Shown in pieces: positions 31,271 through 43,910 of a stretch of 64,000 nt of DNA (position 1 is the stretch's first letter; each line of letters begins with the position of its first letter). The position numbers and the translations under genes were made by a program. Source of the stretch: Bugula neritina (lineage: Eukaryota > Animalia > Bryozoa). The DNA is taken from positions 4,693,929 through 4,757,928 of the forward strand of contig OZ037769.1 of assembly GCA_964035545.1 (NCBI GenBank), written 5' to 3'. Under the pieces are notes generated by a model, which searched no databases, was not told where the DNA came from, and saw nothing but the letters and a program-made list of their open reading frames with translations.

Positions 31271-32791
31271 ATACTCGTATTCATATTGTTGATAGTATTC
31301 ACAGTTATTTGTGAATCATAACCCCGGAAATAGAATAAGTTGCAGTTCTCGAATATCGCGATAGTGCTCCTACGCTTGATTGGCGAAACAACTTCTCATA
31401 ATTATTACATTGATATTATAATAATAATTATGTTGTCATGGTAATGAGCAATGGAGTTTTTTGTGACGCTCCATATGCAGCAGAGTTGACATGTTGCTAC
31501 TTACCATACAATGATCCACGGCACCTGAGCAAATTTAATGTTGCACAATATAAGGCAGACAACTCCCAGTTGTCAATTTGACTTACCATACTACAGTATG
31601 TAGAACCATGCAAACTAATAGCTTTTTGCATTTGAAATGACTTCAGCGCATTTTGTGATACAAAAATAACAAAACCAGAATGTGAACACCGAAACATGTA
31701 ACTTCATGAAGATAAAATGCTTGAGTTATGCAAAATTGCATCAATTAATTTCTTTCTCTACACAATTGATTGGTAGCTTGTGATCTGTACAGCTTACAAC
31801 AGTCAATGCATTTTTAGCCTATTAACTACAGATTTAAATGTATTGAATTAAAATATATGATAAATTGCCATAGGAATTTATGATATTTTAATTCAATGCA
31901 TTAATAAATCTTGCACTCACGTTAAGTAAATCATTGTTATATATTATATCTTGTAATTATCAAATACCAAGATTATCCATTTGTAGTTATTGTAGTTTGT
32001 TGCAACAAATATTTATTTATATAATTTCAGCAATTTGCTGACACATAAAAATGCTGTAACTGGGTTTTATGATGACAATCATATTATTGTCATGCTAGCA
32101 CTACAATATTAAAGCTAGTGTGAGTAATTATTTTGCCAGAGAATTTCAAGCTTTTACATATAAGATGTTGTGGGCCAGAAAAACTATATTATTTGTTTAC
32201 AATTTTCATTACTATTTATTGAATAGCTCTGATATAAACTGTAAATTGTGCTTAGAAAGGAAAATTTAATTTGTATTAACTCAATTTGTAATTTAGCAAA
32301 ATTTATTGCAAGTTTAGTCTGAATCCATTTTCAACAATGAAATAATGTTTAATTAAATAGTATACCATATGGCATATTATATTATATTCAAAATTATCAA
32401 AACAGAGATTTATCTAAAAATAGAATACAATATAAAGATTATGCAGTTGCTCATAAAGGTTAATCAATATTTTATGTACAGATATATAATAAAAAGCCAC
32501 CAAAATTAAAAAAATAATATATGCATGTGTATTATAATATATTATGCATGAGCTATGTCAGCTGCATGTGACGCTGAGACCGAAATATCACCTATAGCAT
32601 GTTATATCACATGGTAATCATACTAAGTATAATACGCACTAACAATATATATTTATATATTAAAAATGTGTGCCTCAGTATAATAGACAGTAAATTTCAA
32701 AAGAAGTTATGTTACATTATAATAATATACTACAGTTATAATTATAAGCCAAAAGTTAAATCCATTATAATAGTAGGTTTTCTATTCTCAT

Positions 32792-35394
32792 CTACATTAT
32801 TTGGAAGTTGAAGGAAGATAGCAGAGCATCAGCCAGTTGCTGCTTGTAATCAGGTGACTCATAGTGTAATGTTTTCATGATCTACAGCACAGTTTCCAAA
32901 ATGTCTCATAATCAATAGATAATCATATAATATTAATCGAACAGTTATAGTATTATAGGATTGTATAACATTACCTACTAAATGTAGATCAGTGGTTAAT
33001 ATTTTTTGAGTTGTGCTCACTTGAACGCTATAAGCTTCACCAATATGCTATTTAACTTACAAGTGTCATCTACTAAATTCTGCCAATCGAAGTGAAACAA
33101 GCAGAACATGTGAGCTAGCCAATTTTGTTAGCTAGAAGGATCTAATTAAATAAATGTGCATGCACCTTCGCCTTGAAAAATATGTAATATCTTGAAAAAG
33201 TTAAAAATTATAGCGTAGCAATCACCCAGCAATGATATCACGAGTTAAATCTAGAAAAACTGTTTGCCTACCTTTAAAGCTGCTCTGAGATCTTTCCTAC
33301 GATTCAACACCTCAGGTTCAATGGTATCCAAAAGTATGATGATGGTTGGCTTGCATAGAGCCAGTGATAAACTCAAAGAAGTGTCAGACCAGTCAGCTTT
33401 TGTCTCATCTTGAGTAAACATATCATTTGACAGAAAGATGATTATTTTCTCTGATGATTTGAGACATTCAGACATGATGAGAGGCGTCACTAAAAGACAT
33501 AAAACACTTCACTCAACATTTGAATAGCAGCTTCTACATGCTCAGTTAACTTTGTAAGGCAGGTGGATAAAAATCTAAATACACTTTTATGGTACTATTG
33601 AAAAAACAGGTTTGCCAAAATTGTTTGCTGCAAGTTGCATTCACCTAAACTAATTTTGAGGACATGTGAAATAAATGAGAAAAATGGATGTGTGTGGGTC
33701 TGCTAATGAATTATACCACTAGAACTTAAATGTTAAACCCTGGCCATTTTTCTAATATACAACTACAATATGGTAAGTTTCTCCATTAGGTTTAGAAAAA
33801 TGCATTCTAATGTTAGCAAAAATGTCAACTCTAGACCAAGAAGTGATCGTGAATGAAAATATTGCAAGCATTAAAAGAGACTTTAGGTTGCAAGGAGACA
33901 AAAACCTTATGTTGATACGTTTGTGCTCCCACCTACATAGATGACAAGTGGATAGATATGTACAGCTGGCTATAAAAAGAGTAATGTAGAAGGTGGTATG
34001 TAGTTATTGTAAGCTCATTTTTATAGTTTCCTTACATTAGCATGACTAAAACATTGTAGTGGAAATCAGTGACACAGATACATAACTGAATATACTGAAC
34101 TATGTTAGACTACTAAGCATTAAACGCACTTCATGTATTACAGTGGCTAATAGATTTCAAACTTTACTGCAAAACGTGTTACTCTGTGCACAACATACAT
34201 GTGGCCTGCTTAAACATCTCAAGATCTAATACATACATACCTGAGCCGATAGCAAAGTCTCGGCCTGGTACACACAGTTTGAGGCAGAACCGGTTTTCTA
34301 TGGTGTTGATAAAAGTGGTAACCGCAGGGTGGTCGATATCTGAGTAGACCATATAGGCAGCATACTTGTAGTTTCCTAAATAAATGGAGTTTTCGAAGAC
34401 CGATGAGATTATATAAATAGAAGCACAAACAGACCACAACAATCTTATTGAGTAACTCGTCTTCAGGAAATCAAATACTAATAAATCAAAATATTATGTC
34501 TCAACTAAATCTAAGCCAACTGTGGTTCAATGCTATTGGCCAACTTGTAGTATGTGATAGAAAGCAGGTAATAAAAAGGCTTTTTGATATGTAAATAAAA
34601 TTTAATGTCATGACTTGTAATTTTTAATAGACTAAATATTTGTACATAAACTTCATCTCGGAGCTAGAGAGAAAAATGATAAATGTAATATTTATTCGCT
34701 ATTGATTAACCAATCATGTACTTTGCTAATTTTGATGGAGCAGAACCTTGGCAAATACAAGTATTAATAATAACTATATGTGTAGTAATTTATTGCCTCA
34801 AACTTTCATGGGCAAGTCGCCAGCAAAACACATACTATCAAGTTTTTTAGCCAATACTTTTAACTTTTTGTTGCTTTTTTCCCCAGAAATGCTTTTTGTT
34901 AAAAACATCTTAATTAAAAATATATAAGTCAATAAATCAACTAGATCAATTGACAATGTCATATTCAATGAGATTTTTAGAGAGCTGCATAAAATTACCT
35001 TAAAGTTTAACGATATGTATGTTAGTATGTGGTACAAACCTTTAGTATAAAGAGCTGATTTTAGCCTCTGTACCACATTAACAGGATACCACATATTGTA
35101 GTATGTATTGTATCTTACGGTGAGGGTGAAGACCAGCACCACAATGATTACTAGCAGAGCTAGGGGCACTGCTATAGCAACCGAGAGGTTTGATTTCTTT
35201 GGAACTTCATGGACTATAGAGTTTGTCTCGGCAACTAAAATATAACATCTATAAAATATAATCATGTGTGCTGCTGAAAACAACGAATATCTGCCCGATA
35301 CCCTGTATATACCTAAGAGAATGTGTGTTTAGTGTGCATGTGGTGTGATTGAGTGTATGTGTGTAATTGTGCATGAATGTGAGAGAAAAGAGAG

Positions 35395-35491
<97 letters not shown>

Positions 35492-38400
35492 GTGTGCGCA
35501 TGAACACATTAACTTGATTTCTGTACTCAATGCAAAACAAAATTAGTTCGCTTGCAGATCAGTAAAATACTATAGCACAGCAACAAAGTAGGCCAAGCCA
35601 ACACAGCTAAAAGATTTTCACAAAACTGATGCAGTTTTATGTTATGCTATGCCTAGAGCAAGGTTATAAACTCAATTCATAACTAAATCCTTATACTATC
35701 ATCAGTTTGAAAAGTGACCGAGCTTTACGTGTCAAAAAAGTAGGCTTATCTTAAAATTGGGTCACATAATCTAAACTATTGCTTTTTTTTCAATACAAGC
35801 TTTAACTTGGAAAAATGTGTAACGAAACTGATAGCAAATACCTTTTCATTCATAATGACTTATCAACAATCTTAAACATAATATATTTACTATTTCTATG
35901 ATGCCTGCTGTCATGACCAACAGAAGCAGTTAGTAGAATTTAGTAAAACTACGTCTATTGAGGAAACAACAAAGTGCAAAACTATTATTAGAAAAGCTGT
36001 AAGTCAATGTTTATATGACTCATGACATGTTCCAAAATGGCGGTTCAAATATGGAAGATTGTTTGCTATTCTGAGTATTATAGCAACTCTGATAATGCCA
36101 GTGGCAATGATCCTAGACCTATACCTTTGGCACATGGTCCACCAGAAACATACATAGCACCACTAACTACTTGGGAGTGGCTGGCTGCTTGACAGTAGTA
36201 TTTCTTGTTCAGCCATTCTTTGTCAACTTTAGGTATCACAACTTGGAAATGACTCTCATTTTCTAGACTGTAAAACAAGCGATATGTTGTGCTAAAACAT
36301 TGAGACTAACTTGTCCTGATAGGTGGATTGGTCACAGTCATTTGGCGAATGATGAGTTAAACTGCCTTTACTGGCTTTTGCTTTTGATAAATTGCTTTAC
36401 AAACATGGTGATGATGTGAGTGAGAGGCCATAATAAATATCTGCTTGCATCATCACTAAAATAAATCACACAATATTTTTGTTTATCCTTGAATATTCAG
36501 TAGAGTGCTAGTGCATAACATTTATAGATAGTGAAAACTTACAGAAGTACAAACTTTCTTTGCATTGCATTTTGGGACTATGACTACCCAACGTTTCGGA
36601 ATCATATCTTTAATTGCCACAGTCATTAAAACTTTCACTTACCAACTTTGCCTTTATAAAGCTGAATTTTATGTATGCTATGTGCAATTACAACAGGGTT
36701 ATGAGTACACAAAGCTACTATAGTGCTACTAACTTAACTTTCTTTCTTAGAAATATTTGCTGTCGGTCCAGACTCATTCGAAAACATTTTCAATCAGTTG
36801 CCGTCCATGGTTAAATAACGAATTAATGCTTTGACTCAAACCATGCTGTCAAAAAGGTTGGCAACACTTTAGAGAAACTCAAAAAAGATTCTGACTGCAT
36901 CAAAACAGCTCCCTCTAACCATAAGTACAGAACATCCAAGTTCCCACAATTTTTCTATAGCTGATGAGATTAGTACTGTGCAATATATAGTTACTTACAG
37001 TCATTGCAGGTGGTATTGTGATTTTATAGAATAGGACACAGGTATGCCAATCTACCTATATAAGACCTGCATCAACCTAGGTATTATTTGGTAGGCTAAT
37101 TAAGCAGTTAAAATTGTCTTACACTGTGAGATTATAAGGGATCTTGTTGAAATCCAAGGCTAGAAAAGTTAAGTTTTCATTAAGCAAGACAATTCGACGG
37201 GTCTTCAACAAATTATCCACAGGATAAGATAAGGAACAGGAAATGGTTATGTTTTCGCCTTCTTCCACGCAAGTCTCTTCCACTTGAAACTTTGTAAAGA
37301 CTGGAAGATCCTGAGACTGTGTAGGCAGCTCTACATACCAGCAACATAAACTCATTAGTGGCTGATATATTATTTGTTCTTTATAGCAAATTGTAAGGCA
37401 GATAATATTCTGACTGTAATCATAACTCCATGTGTACATCTTTTATATGACTAAATAGTACCAAAAAACACGAAAGAAATTTAAAGGGTGCTAGAAGATG
37501 CTGTAGATTGTCAAATGGAAACATAAATGGAGCTAACGAAAACTAAATAGAGCTAACTAACACAAACTGAACTGAAACGTAACTGAAAGACAAAAGAGAT
37601 CTTGAAATAGAACTAACAAACCAACAAAACAGTGCATTAAACTCATGGGGCACAACTGTAACCTTTTACTTTTTATATAGCTATATTTGTAAACTTTATC
37701 AGCTAAAGAGTTTTAGTGATTTTGAATGGGAAGATACAAATAATTTTTAGTATCTCATGACTAATTTGTTAGCAAGGGTTATCCATCAGCTTTTCTAGAA
37801 CTTACGTAACGCTTGGATAGTGATGTTGTTAGAGATAATTGTTTGACCATTAGCTGATATGGCTTCACATGTAAATACAATCTTGTAAATAGCACTGGTG
37901 GAGAATGTAACAGGAAGCGAAGGCTGAAGGGAATACCACATCAACTGCTGTCTGGTATCTTCGTCAGCATAACAGTGAGTCCATGAATTGAAGGGAGATA
38001 ACTTTACTCCATCTTTATACCTAGGCTACAATGCACTGACATTTTGGAGATATTTAAATTTGTACTTTGAATGAAAAAATTTTAAAACATCCAAAAGCTA
38101 ATACATGTGAGGATTTATACTCTAGGTAGGCAACTAATTTTACATTTAGTCTGTAAAGTACTTTGTAAAAACTACAATTGAATTGATGCCTGCATCAATT
38201 TAACATAAAAAGGTAGACAACAAAAACATTTATTTCATGATATACAAGAGAATTAAAATATTATACAACAAACAAATTCTGTGTTGACAAATGTCACTTT
38301 TTTCATCATTGTTATTTTCTAATAAGATTGCAACTTATCATAACGGTATAAAAACATTATATATGCTACCATCGGTAAATGTTAAGTTTCAAAATAGCGC

Positions 38401-39072
38401 AAGACATGCTAAATGACAAAACACTTGAATCTCAAAGAGATAACTTGCAGGATAACTTAATACGGCAAAAGCTGATAAAATAATTGAGTTTAACAAAGCT
38501 TGTTTTAAAAGACTAAACATCTGTGTAATTTTGAAATTCAAATTAGCAAAAACATTAAGATAAGAAAACTGAATAGTACAAAACCTAAGGTGTAACCAGC
38601 TTTGTTGATGATAGAGCAGCTATTCCATGTGTAATGTATTTATGAAGTGCCAGCTTACCAGTTGACAACAGAGAAGCCTGTAGCGCAGCACTCTAAAAAT
38701 ATCATTCGATCTAGATAGTGAAATCTGTGAGTTTGAGGGTAGACGGATCCACTCAGTTGATCATGAGGGTTTACAAAATCCAGAGCTAAAAATAAAAGTT
38801 TGCACTGTAAGCAAGCTTTGGCAATACTACACTTGTAAAGAGTTTTCCCTGACTTGGCCTTTGAATGCGTGTGACCTATATAGCAATAAAATAATCAATT
38901 TTAAAACCAACTCAAAACTTAATAAAGTTTACATACCAGCAGATTTGTTGTTTGGTTTACACATCTTTGCAGTTGGATCAATCTTGGCTCTCTGTTCTAC
39001 TTCTAAACACAGAGAATCAGACAGATGTATAAATCTTCCCAGAATAAGACAAGCTACCAGTACTAAAGCCAT
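32792..39072 (-). CDS. IL-1-receptor-like Ig-Ig-TM-TIR protein, copy 1 (~488 aa)
   Basis: Exons 38937-39072 (signal peptide), 38659-38785 and 37806-38020 (Ig1: LECCATGFSVVNW|YKDG..FTCEA), 37123-37330 and 36125-36267 (Ig2: EGENITISC..FQVVIPKVDKEWLNKKYYCQA), 35040-35234 (TM VAIAVPLALLVIIVVLVFTLTV), 34241-34375 (TIR box1 YKYAAYMVYS, box2 LKLCVPGRDFAIGS), 33272-33489 (SEKIIIFLSND..PTIIILLD) and 32792-32881 (stop). All phases match; 1467 nt. Confidence 0.9.
35381..35489. repeat. (GA)n microsatellite in intron 5 of receptor copy 1
   Basis: Long GA run; the equivalent is long in copy 3 and short (GA/GT compound, ~47155-47214) in copy 2. Confidence 0.95.
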
Positions 39073-39763
39073 CTTCGCATTCACACGTAAAGCTGTATAA
39101 AAGCACTGACCATTGATACCAGACAATACTGCAAGTAACGATTATGGAGGAGAAATGAAGTAAAACTGCACCAGTTTTGTTGACAAACTAGTTTAATAAA
39201 TCATCCACATGCTATTTATATCACACTGCGGTGAGTAGTGTGAAGTGTCGTCACAGCATGGTAGAAAGTTGAACTACGTGTTGCGAAATCATAATTTAAA
39301 GGTGCTTCCAACGAGAATTATATATAGTTGCATACTTTTTACAGCTAGTTTGAATGGCTGTAACTGTAACTGCACTTAGTTTCGCATGCTTTTAGATTTT
39401 TTATACAAGTAAAACATTTCACGTAATGTAAGCATAGGGAAATTTGTTGCGAGAACGACCTGCCACACACAGTGCGTCGGCTGTGGGTGTACGGAATTTT
39501 ATTAGCTAATGATGTAATCGTGTTTAACTTTACTGCTCGCCTACAGACATATGTTTTAATCTAGTCATCGGCTCTACAGCGGAAATGCAAACTATTGAAA
39601 AATGTTTTAATTAGGTTTGGTAGAAGTTTAACTGCGTATGAAAACACAAAAAGTTTGCTTGTTAATGGCAAGCAGCCAATTAGATCAAATCCGTACAAGC
39701 TTCCCGCACTTGCTGCTCCGCATGTTATCCGCATAAAAATTGTAGGGTTGAGTTAACCCAGCA

Positions 39764-39826
39764 GCCTCTGTGGTGTAATTGGTGCTTGCAAGCCGGAGGT
39801 CTGTGGCTGGAATCTCGATGGGAGCA
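39764..39826 (+). repeat. Degenerate tandem copy of the tRNA-derived element
   Basis: GCCTCTGTGGTGTAATTGG..TGCTTGCAAGCCGGAGGTCTGTGG with an internal deletion; it has the same 5' flank (gttgagttaaccc) as the copy at 39980. Confidence 0.65.
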
Positions 39827-39979
39827 TTATTTTACAAGCTATTTCGGTCTGTAGTAAAGTGTAGTAGAAGTACTCCGAGAGAGTTGAGAGGCCAGAGGAG
39901 CCTGAAGACTGAAGGAGTAGTAGAGAGGTCAGTAGAGTTCAGAAAACTGGGTGGGATGTAGTGTTGAGTTAACCCCACA

Positions 39980-40052
39980 GCCCCCATGGTGTAATTGGTT
40001 AGCGCACCTGCTTGCAAGTCAGAGGTCTGTGGTTCGAATCCTGGTGGGGGCA
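39980..40052 (+). repeat. tRNA-derived (SINE-head-like) element / tRNA pseudogene
   Basis: 7-bp acceptor stem GCCCCCA/TGGGGGC, A box TGGTGTAATTGG, B box GGTTCGAATCC and loop CTTGCAA; the anticodon and T stems pair poorly. Confidence 0.75.
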
Positions 40053-40602
40053 ATTATTTTGCAAAAACCACACACAACAGCACACTTTTGAGCTGGACGG
40101 ATTTTTCGCATTTGGTCCCTGCAGGGAAATCTTTGTCGTGTAGCCCTACGCTTAGTGATCCAAAGCAGGATAATCCAACGTGCACATTACTTGTTTAGCT
40201 TGTGAGCTTTATGAGCTACAATCTAAATAATTATGCTGAATTTAATTTTGTAAATAATTTTACAATCATAGTTATTCTAAGTACCTTGATTTATCAGAAA
40301 AGTTGAAAAATATTTGCAGTAGCATACATCATGAGCTTTTCAAGAAGTCTCAACTTGGAGTAATGCATAAATTATAAGTAATACACTTAGCAGTTGGCAA
40401 CTTTTAGTTGATTAGTAAAATTTTGCTCTTTGAAAACCTGTGATGCTTCTTTAAAATATACTTAAAATACTGCATTAAACTACATTTTGGATAAAAAAAA
40501 CTGTTTTATAGCATATAAAACAATGTAAAATATTGGATTAGGTTTAGTAGAAACAACATAGTGTAGAAATAGTCACATACAAAGATTATATATATAACTC
40601 AC

Positions 40603-42774
40603 TTACTATAAGCAGTCAGTTGAGGACGACTATGACTGACGATGGATCAACCTTCTCCACAGTGTTCTGTTTTGTGCCAGGTTGTACCATTTGTTGACGT
40701 CGATATCCTTCTTTTTGAGGTGTTCCTTGATGGTGACTTTGTATCCTAATCTAGAACGTCCTTGTTTTCTATGGCCAGATACCAGCTTAGAAAATAACTT
40801 CTTCTTGGGTAATCGATGGGCATCTCGTCCATTCACGGTTGCAAATTATTACCTGATCATACATTGGTGCTAACTTTGCTCATTGAAGAATTTCAGTGTT
40901 GGAGATTTTTATGCTACCGTTTAACTTTCATGATGAACTTAAACTGTTTTATCACAAAGGTGTTGAGTTTCTTAACCTAAGATTTGTACAGCGTCCAAGT
41001 CTTAGAGCCGTATAGTAGTGTGATCAGAACAATAGCTCTGTACACTTGACATTTCACTCTGGTTGTTACGTCATTGTTGTTCCAGAGTTTCTCTCTCAGT
41101 CTCCCAAATGCAACTGAAGCTTTACACATCCTTGTTTGCGGTTCAGTGTCTAGACTTCCATCATGAGTAATTGTGCTGCCAAAGTATGTAAACCTGCTTA
41201 CATTTTCCAGCAGGCGATCCTCAATCTGGAAATTGCCAGATCTTTTAGTGGTATGTGCACATGGTTGGTACATGACCGATCTGCTTTGCGCATATTTATA
41301 CACAATCTGAAGTCATGGGCAGCTTTAGCAAAACGTGATGTAACCACCTGCTTATTCTCCAAGCTGTGTGCTATTAGTGCTGTGTCATCCGGGAACAGCA
41401 ATTCACGATGCGCAACCACTTGAGTACAATTCTTGTATTTGAAAAGAGCGAGGTTGAATAGATTAGCACCAGGTCTGGTCTGCAGGTAGATACCCTGGGT
41501 GGTGTCAGGGAATGCTTCGTCGAGTACCGCTGCGAGGTATGTGCTAAGCAATTTAGGCCCAAGAACACAGCCTTGTTTTACTCCATCATTGACAGCAAAT
41601 GGTGGTGACAGCTGGTCTTTGCTTGCGATATGTGCTTCCATCCCAACATGGAACTGCTGGATCAGCTTAATCAAGTGTGATGGGACACTGTTTTTTCCAA
41701 GGATGATCCACAGCGCCTCTCTGCTAACTGTCAAAGGCTTTGGTGAAGTCTATAAACACAGCATATAAAGGTCTCTGCTGCTCTCTACATTTTTCTTGCA
41801 CTTGCTTCAAGATGAAAATCATTTCCACAGTACTTCCCTCAGCTCAGAAACCAGATTGGGTTTCTGGCAGAATAGTAGCTTCAATGTGATGATTTATTTG
41901 GTTGAGCTGAGTTCTTGCCATGACTTCACCGGGAATTAATAGCAAGGAGATACCTCGATAGTTACCAAAGTCACGTCGGTCGCCTTTATTAAACATAGTT
42001 ATCATGGCAGTGTCCCTCCAGTCTTTAGGAATTGTACCACTTCTCTAAGCTCTACATATAATTTTCCACAATGCTTCTTTCAGAGATGTGCCACCTTGCT
42101 TTAATGTTTCACCAGGAATTTGCTCGTTACCGGGTGCTTTGTTGTTAGCCAGTCGTTAATTGCGTTGTTCAGTTCTAGAAAGTCAGGCTCTGTCTCCAAT
42201 TCATGAGCAATTGGTATGTTTTTGATCCTGGTGGTGATTTCCGCTGACACAGTACAAGTCTCATTGAGAAGATCATTGAAATGTTTTGCCCATTTGCATA
42301 GGATATCCCTTTCATCTCTCTGAATGTTTCCATCTTCAGCCTTAATGTGGATTTTGTGTCTGGTGGTGACGTCCCCAAACTTCTTTCAGGCTGTTATAGA
42401 AAGCCCTGGTGTTGTTTGTGTCGGCAAGTAGTTGCAGCTGTTTCGCTTTGGATTTTCAACTGGTGATTTTCAGTTTTCTGGTTTTTAGTTAGAGTTGACA
42501 ATAAGCTTCCCGGTGTACAGCTTTATTAGCACGTGTTGCCCTATTAGAGAGTAGCTTATCCCTAGTCTAGTTTTTATCTGACAGAAGCTGCTGAATTTCA
42601 AGATCGTTTTCATTGAACCAGTCTTGATACTTCAGTTTGTTTGTTCCAAGTGTAGCCAAGGACACTCTTATTAATATGGTGCGGAGTGTGCACCAGGTGG
42701 TCTCAACATTACTATCTATGAGCACTTCTTTCTCCGTAGGTTCTTTGGCTATTGTATTATCAAGTTCTGATCTG
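40603..42774 (-). mobile_element. 5'-truncated, degenerate non-LTR retrotransposon (RTE-like LINE) with reverse-transcriptase remnants
   Basis: Frame-broken RT motifs: KGDRRDFGNYRGISLL, QEKCREQQRPLYAVFIDFTKAFDS, GVKQGCVLGP, LLFPDD, LLYGSKTW, and a C-terminal WYNLAQNRTLWRRLIH typical of RTE-clade ORFs. Flanked by the direct repeat TATAACTCAC at 40593-40602 and 42775-42784. Confidence 0.9.
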
Positions 42775-43467
42775 TATAACTCACATGTAGTTAATCCTGT
42801 GCTTCCCATTTGCTGATACTTGCTCAGAAATTTATTTCATATTTTTATGAATTGTATTACGAGGAACTCTGCACCCCATAATTCATTACACAAAAATTTT
42901 CTCATAGAATAATTTACATAAAAAACATCTAATAATTGAATTGAACAGCAGTTTTTAAAAAGCATATGTATAACTGATAGAAATCTACAAAATTTATGTT
43001 ATAACATAAAGTACATAATATTACCTCACTTTCAAATAACTATAGTTATCACTAGTGCGTTGTGTAAAATATGTTATGTGGTGCTTTGGCAAGCTGTGCT
43101 ACATCATGTTACATAATACTTTACATAATTTCATGCAATAAATTGATGGTTTCTTTCAATTCTGAATATATAATGAGTATTTAACCTTCTGTTCTTCCGC
43201 CTACATACATATTGTTGTAAAGGTGTGGGTTGCCTATCGAGGACAGTGCTGATTGAACATAAACTCTTTGTGAAAGTCTGAGTCTGTTGTAGATGTCAAA
43301 TGGTTTATTATTCATAAGCATGCTGCTAAAATGGGCTCATGCATAGACCTATACAAGTAAAGAGAATATTAATTGGGAAAATAGTTCTAAGTAGTCTGTA
43401 GTGATCCTTAGCCAAGACTGATTAACAATAGAAAAACACCTGCCTTTTATACTAAAATGTTTATTGT

Positions 43468-43910
43468 TGGGCTATACATAAGTTGTGATTATAGTGCAGG
43501 TTTTATATGCAGTGTATTTTATTGAGATTCATCTAATAAGGAAGGTACCAAACAAGCTATTCAAAATTGATTCATGCTTTTATGGAATTTATCTGTAGAC
43601 AATCAAATGTTTTAATTGCTTATTTCAGACATTTGAAAACAAATAATATAAGCAGTTGTTGCGTAAGTTGCTTGCAGTTGCACTGTTTATAATACAAATT
43701 TTTGAAGCAATTTTAGAATAACACTAAATATTTAAGTAGAGCCATTAAGAATATGACATAAAAGAGAGATATTCAACTATCAGGTGTAAAAAATTGCTCA
43801 TAGCCGGTTCCATAGCTATATAATATTGTATATAAAGTTACTAGGCTCAACTCATGCAAACCCAAAATTCATTTGTTACGCTACAATGCTCTTTAGCATC
43901 TTTTAGTTTG
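43468..43910. repeat. ~440-bp interspersed sequence, inverted homolog of 58973-59412
   Basis: For example, 43841-43908 (ctaggctcaactcatgcaaa..gctacaatgctctttagcatc) is the reverse complement of ~58973-59040, and collinearity continues to the other end. Confidence 0.75.

Noticed and set aside
31320-31510. Putative myosin RLC promoter or first non-coding exon (CCAAT, TATCGCGATA, CRE-like half site)
   Set aside because: Only short motifs; TSS and exon boundaries cannot be fixed without transcript data.
34798-35039. Long ORF extension past the TM exon with a second hydrophobic stretch
   Set aside because: Read-through beyond the AAG|GTTTGT donor; the ORF end differs in copy 3, and splicing at this donor gives the in-frame TIR.
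35249-35540. (SL)n ORFs, also 56682-56876 and 47023-47223
   Set aside because: Translations of intronic (GA)n/(GT)n microsatellites.
36268-36460. Apparent extra exon plus a 43-nt intron (25-nt GC-AG in copy 3) before exon 5; ORF 57691-57909
   Set aside because: Frames are broken differently among copies (stop in copy 2, 1-nt indel in copy 3). Exon 4 (phase 2) splices directly to exon 5 and gives a normal ~62-residue Ig Cys-Cys spacing.
39980-40052. Functional tRNA-Ala(TGC) gene
   Set aside because: The anticodon and T stems are mismatched, G3:U70 is absent, and degenerate dispersed copies indicate a tRNA-derived repeat.
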